Shown piece after piece: positions 13,101 through 23,891 of a DNA stretch of 64,000 bases; the stretch's first letter is position 1; each line of letters starts with the position of its first letter. The stretch is from Macrostomum lignano (lineage: Eukaryota). Location of the stretch: NCBI GenBank assembly GCA_002269645.1, contig NIVC01001353.1, positions 124,001 to 188,000 on the forward strand. Reading direction: 5' to 3'. Below the pieces are notes generated by a model that worked only from the letters and a program-made list of their open reading frames with translations, ran no database searches and was not told where the DNA came from. Both the position numbers and the translations under genes were made by a program.

Positions 13101-13288
13101 AAAATCCCTTGGACAGACTCTGGGCCAGACACGAATGCCTCCAGTGAAGCCAGCAGCTGCTCCATCTTGAGCTGGCAGTCAGCAGCTAGCGATGGTTCAC
13201 TAGCAGCCTGCAGCATGCAGTCCACCTGGCAGGTAAGCAGCCAGCTCAAACTGCCTGGTAGCTGACTGGGAACACCCAGCTGCTGCAC
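4108..13288 (-). CDS. UBR1: UBR1/UBR2-type N-recognin E3 ubiquitin ligase, 9 exons, ~1750 aa
   Basis: Inferred exons: ~13288-13020, 12899-12818, 12208-11638, 11270-10987, 10502-9666, 9193-7795, 7161-6910, 6133-5380, 4921-4108. UBR box CGAAIAEGRPIFYCIDC..CALCSACF..H..HRYR..DLCDCGD. WRRSGNAL..LLDIRALQ matches UBR1 WRRNGLSL..DKDIIMLQ. RING-H2 ASCGHAFH..CPLCRQPCNAILP. C-terminal CLICG..C..GAHA..C..GAGVFL..APYAD. Start codon and UBR1 vs UBR2 orthology are unresolved. Confidence 0.9.
4945..5350. repeat. 40-nt minisatellite in the last UBR intron
   Basis: About 10 copies of TGCAGGAATAGAATGGATTGCTAATCTAGCCTATCATGGG. Confidence 0.97.
6300..6860. repeat. ~14-16-nt minisatellite (CAGAACGGGGAACC variants), UBR intron
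   Basis: Tandem degenerate copies; source of the spurious GTQNGEP-type ORFs. Confidence 0.95.
7193..7650. repeat. 31-nt minisatellite (GGGATGGGATTCTGGTATCCCACAGCCATAT), UBR intron
   Basis: About 15 tandem copies. Confidence 0.97.
9285..9615. repeat. 31-nt minisatellite (GCCTAGCAACTGAGGATCTGGGTGGGTGACT), UBR intron
   Basis: About 10 tandem copies. Confidence 0.97.
10528..10920. repeat. (GAGT)n microsatellite, UBR intron
   Basis: About 390 bp of GAGT/GAGC/GTGT. Confidence 0.97.
11290..11635. repeat. Two adjacent short arrays (32-nt and 39-nt units), UBR intron
   Basis: GATTCTCATAATAGATAGAATAGGATTGAAAT x~4 plus degenerate copies to ~11500. CACTGAGCATAGCGAGCCCGCACAAGCAATCACGGAAGC x3 at 11514-11635. 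Confidence 0.9.
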
Positions 13289-13739
13289 TGGGTCCAGAAG
13301 ATAAGAAGATCAAATCTATAAAAGCTACATTAGAAGCTCAAATATCAATTGATGTTTATCTATAGTGTGGTAGATATTTTTTTCTGGCATATCTGAATTT
13401 TTTTAAAATAAACAAAAATGTACAACTGCCAGCCCAACTAGCCAAAGCTATGGTAGACCAAGGGTAGGTCATAAAAGTACAATGAAAGATGAAACAAGAT
13501 ATATAGTACAAGTATGCTAATTCAGAATTTCAAATTAGTTGAATTTTAGACATTAAAAATTTAGTCACAATATTGTAGCTCTAAGTCTAACTTTTTGGTT
13601 GTGTTAGTTAAGTCTTATTAATCATGTTAAATAGGTATATTAAGTGAACTCTTTAAAAGACTAACCAAAAAAAGATAAAAAATGATCATTTTTCAATATA
13701 CATTCCCAACACCCATCTGACCCATCCAAACTTGGGTGG

Positions 13740-13995
13740 CTTAGATGACCACTGGCCAAGGTAAGTTGCTTGCATTAGCTTTGCAAAATGCAAAAAAAAA
13801 CAAAAAACAATGGAGGAAGAAAGAAAGAGGAGAAAAATAAAAAGAATGGAGGAAAAAGAAAGAGAGAGGAAACAAGAAAGAGAAAGAGAAGAACAGAAAA
13901 AAGGCAAGAAAAGTCATAGACAAAGTGAAAATTAAGTTACAATCAGGGGAACTAAGTCACAATCGAGAGGAACTAAGTTGCACCAGACAGGTGAA
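13740..13995. mobile_element. Probable decayed relic of the CATACATG-TIR element family
   Basis: GGTAAGTTGC followed by an A/G-rich tract and AACTAAGTCAC/AACTAAGTTGC motifs, paralleling 14700-14860 and 15580-15620. Confidence 0.35.
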
Positions 13996-14859
13996 ATTTT
14001 GAGGTTGGGCATGTATATTTTTGAAACAAGTTGCTATAAGCCTACATTGATTTTCTAGCATCCTTTTGAGCCAATAAGGGTTTTTGAATATAGTATATAG
14101 AATAGCTAAAAATGAATGGTGCATTTATATATAGTATACCTATATAAAAGTATCAATTAAGCACTTTTAAGTCACTAGTATCAGATAAACTAGTTACCAA
14201 ATGTCAAACAATATGAATGTCATGAATATATCATAAATATAAATGAATGTCAATGAATGACTTTAAAAACTATAAAATTAAAGAACTAAAACTAAAAAAT
14301 AAAAACATTTAAAACAATCTATTTTTGTTAGATATATATATAATAATATATATATATTATCCATTAACTAGGGCCAACCTAATCACTTGCATTTTATAAT
14401 TTAAATAAATATAAATATTTTGTCTTATGATAAGGCCAAGGGGGTCCTGAAGAAATGCCATTTTATTAATTACTAAGTTTTAAGCAACTGCAATTTTTTA
14501 TTACTGTACAAATATAAGTGCTGATTATATATTAAGTAGAACATTTATTCTAGTTTATAATTATACTCATTCAATTAATTATAGTCTTTTATTAAAAAAT
14601 ACTACATTAACAACAAAGATAAGCAGACCTAGCCTTCTAGCACTAGCATACATGCGCAACTGCTGGCCGACCTGGCCGATCCGGCCACCGTAAATCGTGG
14701 CTGACCAGGGGTAAGTCGCAAAATTGAGTCAACCAAAAACAGAAAAACACAAGAACCAAGAAAGGCAAGAGGAAAGCGAAAAAAAGAGCAGTTCAGGGAA
14801 AATGGTGAAGCAAAAGAAAAACAATTCGCAAAAGAAGCAAACTAAGTTGTAAAAATAAT

Positions 14860-15600
14860 CAGGTAAGTCGCAAAAAGGATCAGGTAAGTCGCAAAAGAAG
14901 CAAACTAAGTCGCAAAAAGGATCAGGTAAGTCGCAAAAGGGTTAGGTAAGTCGCAAAAAGGATTAGGTAAGTCGCAAAAAGGATTAGGTAAGTCGCAAAA
15001 GGATTAGGTAAGTCGCAAAAGGGTTAGGTAAGTCGCAAAAGGGTTAGGTAAGTCGCAAAAAGGATTAAGTAAGTCGCAAAAGGGTTAGGTAAGTCGCAAA
15101 AAGGATTAGGTAAGTCGCAAAAGGATTAGGTAAGTCGCAAAAAGGATTAGGTAAGTCGCAAAAAGGATCAGGTAAGTCGCAAAAGGGATTAGGTAAGTCG
15201 CAAAAAGAATCAGGTAAGTCGCAAAAGGATCAGCTAAGTCACAAAAGGATTAGGTAAGTCGCAAAAGGATCAGGTAAGTCGCAAAAGGATTAGTTAAGTC
15301 GCAAAAGGGTTAGGTAAGTCGCAAAAAGGATTAGGTAAGTCGCAAAAAGGATTAAGTAAGTCGCAAAAAGGATTAGGTAAGTCGCAAAAAGGATTAAGTA
15401 AGTCGCAAAAAGGATTAGGTAAGTCGCAAAAGGGTTAGGTAAGTCGCAAAAGGGTTAGGTAAGTCGCAAAAGGATTAGGTAAGTCGCAAAAAGGATTAAG
15501 TAAGTCGCAAAAAGGATTAGGTAAGTCGCAAAAAGGATTAGGTAAGTCGCAAAAAGGATTAGGTAAGTCGCAAAAAGAAGCAACTAAGTCGCAATAAGAG
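14860..15600 (+). repeat. ~21-nt minisatellite (GATTAGGTAAGTCGCAAAAAG) derived from the element's subterminal motif
   Basis: Roughly 30-35 copies. The same GGTAAGTCGCA motif occurs singly near both termini. Confidence 0.95.
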
Positions 15601-15752
15601 GGAAGTAAGTCACAATCAGAGGCAATCAGGGGGTAGTAGGTGCAGGTGTGGCAGGAGAGCAAAAACAGAATAGAAGCCTTCAACAACAGACAAGATCTTT
15701 GAAATCAGAAGCCCGCGTCAACAGTTTCCCATTGATTTCTTAAACTCTGGAG

Positions 15753-15830
15753 CAGGGGTTGGCAAACTCCGGCTCGCGAAGCCCCTCTATCTGGCCCTCG
15801 CCCCTCGGGTTCTTTGAAACTTCCTAACTA
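15753..15830 (+). mobile_element. 5' fragment of a hAT-Charlie-like MITE
   Basis: CAGGGGTTGGCAAACTCCGGCTCGCG start after CTCTGGAG (resembles the NTCTAGAN target). Interrupted by the mariner; right end not found. Confidence 0.55.
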
Positions 15831-16702
15831 CGAGGGGCGTCCGGAAAGTAGTGTTACTTTTGCTTGGTGTGGACGTATGGAAACGTGTGGCGTGTGGACG
15901 TATGGTGTGGACGTATGACACTTGCATGTGCTTGGTGTCATTTGAAAGCGGCAAGTCTCTTCTTTAAAATGACACCAATTGCAAGAGATTTGAATCTGTG
16001 CTTCAAGAGATATGGATGATTAAGTAGAGAAAGGTCAGTCATAGACTTACAGAACCTCAAAAATGTCAACAGAAAACTTTTACGATTTTATCGATTTTTT
16101 CGTAATCATGGGCTGTCTATGGCCAAATGTGATGCAGTGAACGAGAGGGGCTGTCTCATAAAACTACGAGACTTGTAAAACTGCTTCTGCTGCGCCTGCA
16201 AAGTTTATTGACATTCAATTTTCAATTGTGAACTGCAAATGGATGTGCATTCAAAGACTGGGCAGCGACATGCCATCTTTACACTTTGGAGCTCCGGAAC
16301 CAAATCGGCTGACATCCACAGGCAACTTTGCACAGCTCATGGCGACCATGCTGTCAGCAAGATGACAAGTCTGCCAACCGATGAATGATTTTAATGTTGT
16401 TCGCTTGTGTGATAATTTGCTTGTTATCTGTTTCACCTGCTTCTGTACTGTACTGTTGTGTTTTTTGTTTTTTCTGGAGTAATTACGCTCGTGATAAAAG
16501 TTTTCTGTTGACATTTTTAAGGTTCTGTAAGTCTATGACTGACCTTTCTCTACTTAATCGTCCATATCTCTTGAAGCACAGATTCAAATCTCTTGCAATT
16601 GGTGTCATTTTAAAGAAGAGACTTGCCGCTTTCAAATGACACCAAGCACATGCAAGTGTGACTGTCCATACGTCCACACCAAGCAAAAGTAACACTACTT
16701 TC
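15831..16702 (+). mobile_element. Internally deleted mariner-family element with ~230-250-bp TIRs; last 13 bp of right TIR missing
   Basis: TA|CGAGGGGCGTCCGGAAAG start. Inverted copy at ~16494-16702. Internal remnant of a mariner transposase N-terminus. Confidence 0.9.
16239..16388 (+). pseudogene. Truncated mariner transposase (N-terminal HTH only, 49 aa)
   Basis: MDVHSKTGQRHAIFTLWSSGTKSADIHRQLCTAHGDHAVSKMT matches the mariner QRxxIxxL..GxxxxxIHxxLxxxYGdxAxS pattern, then runs into deletion-junction sequence and a stop. Confidence 0.8.
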
Positions 16703-16729
16703 TTAAGGTTGGTAACATTACTTAGGTTG

Positions 16730-17410
16730 GTGTCTCTTCAACTCTCATCTCTCTCTTCTTCTCTACCTTGCCTCCCCTCTTCTCTCTCTCCCCCCTTTTC
16801 CCTCTTCTCTCTCCTCTCATTTTTACTCTCCTCTCTTCTCCCCCTTTCTCTCTACCCTTTCTCCTCAATGCCCTCTTCTCTCCTCTTATCTTCAGCAAAA
16901 ATATGTGCATATTTTCTTACTTCAAAGTAGAGGGAATAGAAGATTAGAGATAAGCAAACAGAGGAGAGGCGAGCGATGCGATGGGAGAAAAGATAGAATA
17001 GGAGAGAAAAGCTGAGGGAGGAAAAAGAGATGAGAGAGAAGAGGAGATGAGAGGAAAGAGGAAAGAAAAGATGATGGATGAGATCAGAAGAGAGGAAAGA
17101 GGAAAGAGAAGAAAGTAGATGAGAGAAGAGAGGATAAAGAGGAGATGAGAGGAGAGTGAAGAGAGGAGAGATGAGAGAGTAGAAAAGAGAGGAGAGATAA
17201 GATGAGAGAGTAGAGTGGAGAGAGACGAGAGGGAAGATAAGATGAGAGTAGAGTGGAATGGAGAGAGACGAGAGGAGAGATAAGAAAGTAGAGAGGAGAC
17301 AGAAGAGATAGGAGAGGAGAGGAAAGAGAGGAGAGAGGAGAGGAAAGAGAGAAGGGATAAGGGATGAGAGAGAAAAGAAAAAGAGGATGAGAAGATTGAG
17401 GAATGGAGAG
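16730..17410. repeat. CT-rich block (16730-16910) followed by a GA-rich block (16930-17410)
   Basis: Low-complexity polypyrimidine then polypurine tracts. Confidence 0.9.
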
Positions 17411-18825
17411 AATTTGCAAAGGCCTCAAATCTTAGTTTAACATGCATTACTCCCATCTTTGCCTTTTTCCTAACTGTTAACAAGTTTTTGTTTGAGCATG
17501 ACTTCAAATTTAGAATCTATGCAAAAATAGTTCCGGGAATTAGAATTCAGTGGTTTAAAAATCTGTGGGTTTTCACAGCTTGTATCTCTACTGGATTCGT
17601 ATTCTGCATCTGATGAGCCATCTGAATCAGGGCTCTCATCTTCCATGCCAAATCGTCTAGCAAATCGTTCTTGAGCTATAGGTCACACTGTATTCACTTC
17701 ACTTACTTCTGGACATTCATGAATCATGACTTTTGTAGTATGCTCACTACACTGTACTGACAATTTACTAATTGCTTCATGCCGCCACTAGATGACATAC
17801 TGATTAGCTGTTATAAAAACGCCGAATCTGCACGCAGCACTAATTAGCTGGCGAGGCATTTAGCTTTAAAAATATGGTCATAGTTACTCCTGCCGTTTAC
17901 CTAAAGTTTTTGCTTGGCTCTTTCATAGGTAAGTCGCATTTTTTATCGAAAACTAAGTCGCACGGCCAGCGTAATTTCAGAAGTTGCGCATGTATGAGCA
18001 CTAGCACTTTTACTATGAGTAGACAACCTTCAGTCTTGTCATATTTCTATCCTCCAACCAAATATTTGTACTTTCTGTTTTGCAATTCAGCCTTGTACTC
18101 AATTAGTTGACTCACTTTGTCTATCTACTATGCTTTTTCCCACAAACTATTGTAACTGTTAATTTATCATAGATAATTCAGCTAACCTGTTCATTATATT
18201 AGTATAGGCCCTAAATACAAGTTCAACTCCTAGCTTTGGCCCTTGCCTTGTCCTTGTTCTCTGCTTCTCTTCTTTTCTGCCCCATTAATTACTTATATTA
18301 GTTTATTGTCTATTTGACAAGTCTATTAGCTAAGATAGCTTTTGGAAGCTAGAAGGATAATTGGAAGGAGAACACAAAGAGGAATATGCTACTTTACCTA
18401 CTTAAGAATCAAAGGTCAGCATATTGTCAAGGCAAAGCAAGCACTTGTAGCAAGAGATTTATATATGTAAATGAAGATAAAACTAGATACAATTAAATTT
18501 TCATAAGAAGCCAATATACTAGTAACTTGCTTCTAATTCTGCTAATAATAACTAGTTGTCTAGCAAAGATGCAAAGTCTTTTGTGGCCATTTTACACACA
18601 AGTTTAGGAAGCCTGAAGCTAGCTAAGCTACGACTGACAGACGTTTCGGTGACAAGTTGCCTTTGTTACAGATACGCTTTATTTTTATAAAAAATAAAAC
18701 TTATAAGTATAGTCATTTTAGCGACATGAGGTGCTTCATTATATTAGCTTGCAGTTATTTTATTAAAATTTATTTCTCGTTCATATTTAAAAATTTTCGT
18801 CGAAAGTGCCGCCAACTTATTTTTC

Positions 18826-19241
18826 GGTAAAGTGTAAAAAGTTACCCAGTTTTTTGGGGGAAAACGTTACCTTCAAATTGCGTTCAAAGAGCGCAATGAA
18901 ATTGAAAATAATATTGTATTTCGATTTCGTTTGTCTAGTGCAAATTACAATTGCAAGTTAGAAGCTTATAGAATGGGTAAAATAAATCACAAGAGCATTT
19001 TTATTTTTTCATTGGGTAAGCGTGTGTAAACCCTGGGTAATTGCAGGTAAGTTTTTGGGGTAATGTCTTACCCAGCAATTAAACACTCATTTATTGGCCT
19101 CATCATCTATATTTTATGAATAATTATTCTATGATTTATGCTGCATAGGCGATAGCAAGTTATTTTCAATTTGATTGCACTCTTTGAATGCAATTTGAAG
19201 GTAACGTTTTCGGGTAACTGGGTAACTTTTTACACTTTACC
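18826..19241. mobile_element. Merlin-like MITE (416 bp)
   Basis: ~85-bp imperfect TIR starting GGTAAAGTGTAAAAAGTTACC. 8-bp TSD TATTTTTC at 18818-18825 and 19242-19249. Confidence 0.85.
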
Positions 19242-19327
19242 TATTTTTCATCATAAATGAATAGTCTGCCGCCTTTTCGTCTGCTGGCATTTCCAGATTA
19301 GGAATTCAGAAACCTATTTCAATCTCT

Positions 19328-19443
19328 GGTGATCCTGAAGATTCCCGCGTTTAATTATTTTACAGAATTATTTCGCCCTCTATTCAATCAAGGGTGGTGG
19401 GGGGTGGGGGTTATAATTAAACGCGGGAATCTTCAGGATTGCC
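19328..19443. mobile_element. Merlin-like MITE (116 bp)
   Basis: ~30-bp TIR GG(T/C)(G/A)ATCCTGAAGATTCCCGCGTTTAATTA. 8-bp TSD CAATCTCT at 19320-19327 and 19444-19451. Confidence 0.85.
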
Positions 19444-19785
19444 CAATCTCTTGCTTTGGACTAATACCTTGCGTCACTTTTTGACTTTTTACCCTGTGAC
19501 TTTTTACTTGTTTCTTTTACATTTTTACACTGAAAAAATGAAAGTTTAAAATAATTTGGAAAATAATTTAGAGTAAAAAACCAAAATTATAGGCCTACCC
19601 ACAGGGCTTAGAGCTTATTCACACTTATCAAATGAGGCTAGTTGAGCATTTAAACCATTGTATCAAATCACACAATAAATAATAATTATACAAACAAAAA
19701 GAATAAAATTTGATAGACAAAAATATGATAATATACAAAATTTGGCTTTATTTGATAATAACCTCTAATATTGCTAGTCCTAGTA

Positions 19786-20113
19786 CCTATATAACTTTGG
19801 CTGACACATTTTCAGACCTAGATCTTCCAACACTTTTTATGACACTTAAAATGTTGCAAAAAGTGTCAAAAAAGTGTCCTAACAATTGACATTCTCCGAT
19901 ATATATTTTCCAACACTTAAATTAATGCTAAAAAAGTGTCTAAAAAGTGTCATATGGTTAAATTCTGCCAACATATCTTCCAACACTTAAAATTTTGCTT
20001 CTTAGAGCTAGGTGATGTATATGTAGCTCGTACTTTTCATGTAAGCTTACATGTATGTTTGTTAAGTATGCACTATGCATTGTCTGAAAATGTGTTGGCA
20101 AAAGTTATACAGG
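19786..20113. mobile_element. MITE with ~28-bp TIR and an 11-bp flanking duplication; superfamily uncertain
   Basis: CCTATATAACTTTGGCTGACACATTTTCAGA ... TCTGAAAATGTGTTGGCAAAAGTTATACAGG. TAGTCCTAGTA at 19775-19785 and 20114-20124. Internal CCAACACTT/AAGTGTC repeats. Confidence 0.8.
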
Positions 20114-21531
20114 TAGTCCTAGTAAGTAGTATAGATGAGTTTTAATCCTTGGCTTATTTATTATTGACTTATTTTGCTAAGCTAAGAATACTTATTTGGC
20201 TAGACTTGCTATTTTTAAAACATTTCTAGCTAGAGATCTTAGATAAAAAGTAGGTCCTTACTGAATAAAAAATCTAAAAAGTATATATTGAAATACATAG
20301 TCTATTTTTATATATTTCTTAAATTGTAATCAATAATAAATAACAATAGCAATAAAAATAGTTCAGCTCCTATATTATGAATCAGTTTTTTATATTAAAC
20401 ATTATAGCTAATCTGCAAATGTTGCCAATTTAATATTCTACCAAAGCAAAAAATCTAGTAGATTGTATAGGCCTAAATTTCTCTGTAATACCATTAATGT
20501 CATTATTCCAATTATACAAAAATAGGCTAGCAAAGGAAATAATATATTTCCTAATATATAATATTCTTTTATCTATACTTTATTGTTTATAGTTCTAATG
20601 GAAAATCTACTAGTGGCATTTACTGATTAAAGCATATTATGACCCTGATTATAATTTGACATATCTTGGCTATATAATTTGTTCTATTTATGTTTTTATT
20701 TCTTATAATTCTATTTATATACTAGAGTATTACTATAAGTAAAGCATATGATGCTCAATTTTTGGCTATGTAAGAAATCTAGACTTGGGATTTATCCTTA
20801 ATAGTATTTTACTATTTTATATATCAAATTTGCATTTAGCTCTTATAAGACTTCAATCACTTTATATTGATATCATGAATTTGGATCCTAGTTAACAAAG
20901 CTTACAATGCCAATAGAATGCAATTATCAAAATAGAATGTTAAATAACTGATATTTTATTCTATATAGGCCTAGGCTTGTTTTTTAGTAATAAAAATATT
21001 TTTTGTTTATTTTTAAAATTAACAGATTTAAGTAAGGCAAGGGGTGGCCAAACCTTGCCTTTACTTGTAGTTGGTGATAATGGTGCCCCTTTTCCTTTGG
21101 GCTAAAAAGGGTCCCTACTCCCCTCAGTCTAATAATATAGTGCCTCTCTTGGCTATATTATGGCACCCTTACTCTTTTGATTAAAATCTACCCCTCATTT
21201 TATATTTCTAAATCTGCCTGTTTCTAATATTATAATGTACTATTTCTTAACCATCTGTCAATGCTAGAGATGATAGTTTTGTGCCTTGATTAGATTCTTG
21301 CATATAATTAATGCTATGGCCTAAATAGTATTGCTAAGTATAGAAATTTATATTTTAAGTGTGTTTTTACATATATTAATATTCTATGGAAACTTATAAA
21401 ATTAATCATTAATTTTCAAGCTAAACATTTAAGAAAACTGTGAATATTTAGGTTACTGTTAGTAGGAAAGTAAGATTTTTTTATTATTAAAATAAATTAG
21501 CCAATGCCTTGCTTACCCCACCTTCAGCATC

Positions 21532-21822
21532 ATGGCAACCTTGCTGGAGACGATGATTAAACAGCAGGTATCAGTGATCACGGCTGATGGCCGTGTCATC
21601 ATTGGCATCCTCCGTGGCTTTGACAATGCCATCAACTTGATCCTGGAGGACTCAGTCGAGAGAGTGTTCTCAGCTAACAGTCCCGTGGAGGCTGTTCCCC
21701 TCGGCCTGTATGTCATCCGTGGCGACAATGTGAGTCTGGTTGGGGAGCTCGATCCCGAGGTTGAGAGGCGCATGGACTTGAGCCGGCTGCAGGCCGATCC
21801 GTTGCGGCCTGTGGTCACGTGA
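21532..21822 (+). CDS. LSM8: U6 snRNA-associated Sm-like protein LSm8 (96 aa, single coding exon)
   Basis: VSVITADGRVIIGILRGFDNAINLIL..ERVFS..VEAVPLGLYVIRGDNVSLVGELD is colinear with LSm8. Confidence 0.97.
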   Translation: MATLLETMIKQQVSVITADGRVIIGILRGFDNAINLILEDSVERVFSANSPVEAVPLGLYVIRGDNVSLVGELDPEVERRMDLSRLQADPLRPVVT

Positions 21823-22233
21823 TTAGCCGGCGCATTGCCTGCCAGCTGATGGAAGCCGCTAATACTGACTTGTTTAACTTTTTTTCCCAACCAATTGATT
21901 GTATGGGTAGCATTGCCAGGGGCTGTACCCGACTAATATAACACGCTTATAGGCTATACACTTGTCTAGATGGGTCGCTCAACATTCAGACAGACAGACA
22001 CGCAGACAGGCAGACAGATAGCTGAAAATGCCCTATGATTCCAAAGCTGGCACCCCATACATCATGAATGATAACTTTGCCACAGCTTAATGCAGGTTCG
22101 GCCGCAGATATTTTGCTAACAAATTTTGACTCCCAATGTGCAAAACCCGCTACTAACTGGCACCACGGTGTCAGTCATATTAATTCCCAATTATGTTAAT
22201 ATTACGTGCTTGTTAGCAGACATCGTCAATCCG

Positions 22234-22266
<33 letters not shown>

Positions 22267-23108
22267 TGTTTTGCCTTGCCTCGCTTTGATTGAGGAATGT
22301 TTCTAGGGATTAATCAGCTGGTTTTTCTGTTAGAAACCCCCCTGTCCATCCATAGTTATGCGTATATAAAAAATTGTTGCATTTTTTTAAACAAAACTGA
22401 GCGATAGTGCTTAGAATAAAATACAAATTGAAAAAATCAAAGCAAACTGCTTTAATTGTGTAAATTGAATTTCTTAAATAATTCAAATTATAATAGTTTT
22501 TGTTATTTGTGCTTGTCTTTATTGTCGAAGCTGCTGTTGTGCGGTGACAGTGAAAGCGGTGCGATTCTACAACTATTTATATTTTAGTAATAACGCTTAT
22601 CATTGTGAGGTGCATGCCAGTCTGTCTGTTGTGTCTGTAAGCGAAGAGGTGAATGGTTTGGTTCGCTAGTAGGAATAGCAGATCATTGGGTTTCGCGTCC
22701 TTCATCGCAGAGATCGAGCAACGCGCAGCACTTTGAAGTCTGGATGTCGCGTCTGTGTTCGGGCGCAGCAGCATAAAATATGGATGGAGAGAATTGAATC
22801 GATGGGAAAAATCGTCCATCAATTAGTGCTGATGTTTCGGTGCTCAAAGTGCTATCAAAAATTCATAATCATAAACATAGTCGTTTAGCGCTACTGTGCG
22901 CCGGTGTCCTCAAGTAGAGCATGCAGGGCATTGAAGGACAATAATAAACGAGGGCAAAGAATACATAGAATTGCAAGTTCGACAAGTTACTGCAGTACAA
23001 CAGTTGTCCTATATAGATTCGGTTGCATGCACATGAATACGAGTCATTTTTTGTGACTTTATGGACGAATATTCGAAGCAGTGGGACATCAGCTCGTTCT
23101 CATAATTA

Positions 23109-23321
23109 CGAGGGGCGTCCGGAAAGTAGTGTTACTTTTGCTTGGTGTGGACGTATGGACAGTCACACTTGCATGTGCTTGGTGTCATTTGAAATCTCTT
23201 GCAATTGGTGTCATTTTAAAGAAGAGACTTGCCGCTTTCAAATGACACCAAGCACATGCAAGTGCGACTGTCCATACGTCCACACCAAGCAAAAGCAACA
23301 CTACTTTCCGGACGCCCCTCG
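23109..23321. mobile_element. Mariner MITE (213 bp), same family as 15831-16702
   Basis: TA|CGAGGGGCGTCCGG...CCGGACGCCCCTCG|TA with a TA TSD. Made of the two TIR ends joined at an AAA microhomology. Confidence 0.95.
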
Positions 23322-23891
23322 TATGAGGGTTTCGAGACGGGTTTTTTGTCTTTTATAAAACTGCCGATAATGATATACAGCGTAAGCAAAGTTTAAGCAT
23401 GGTGCCAGCAAACTGAATGACCCTCTCTCCTTAGGGACATCAGCATCGAAATGTGCATGTGCAGATGCCGGACACGCACTTGACCGGCTAATGTAATTAC
23501 AGTCTTGCAACTATTAATTCACGTATGCATGTCAAATATAGCATTTTTTGCCTAAAAGATCGCACAAGCAGCGAGGGGGTGCTATTATAAATTCACATCG
23601 TCGAAAACTTCATCATGCATAGGTTTGTAGAGTTGAGAAGCATTTGCTCACTGCGGGTGCAAACCATAAATCAAACACCCTTAAGCCTATGGTTCAGTTT
23701 GCCGCTTCGGCTGCTGCTGGGCGTCAGGAGGTGCCGCAATGTCACGGGCCGCCCCAGAAGTCCATCGTGGCGCCCTAATTATTACTCGGAGAAACATGAA
23801 CGCCCTGTAATTACAATCTGGCATTCAAAGTTCCGCTTGTCATAGTACAGAGAAAAAGTGAGCAATGTGCTCTCGGTCAGTCCGCTGCTTC

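Larger units (their letters stand above)
14647..17996. mobile_element. Non-autonomous DNA transposon, 14-bp TIR CATACATGCGCAAC, 8-bp TSD AGCACTAG (hAT/P-like class)
   Basis: TIRs at 14647-14660 and 17983-17996. TSD at 14639-14646 and 17997-18004. Subterminal TAAGTCGC motifs at both ends. No intact transposase. Confidence 0.9.

Noticed and set aside
17410-17900. Possible transposase remnant on the minus strand of the 8-bp-TSD element
   Set aside because: Broken by stops, with no BED, THAP or DDE motif I can identify, so the superfamily cannot be assigned.
21917-22060. HINE/DINE-like fragment with a (CAGA)n tract
   Set aside because: Only the microsatellite and a 5-bp inverted match support it.
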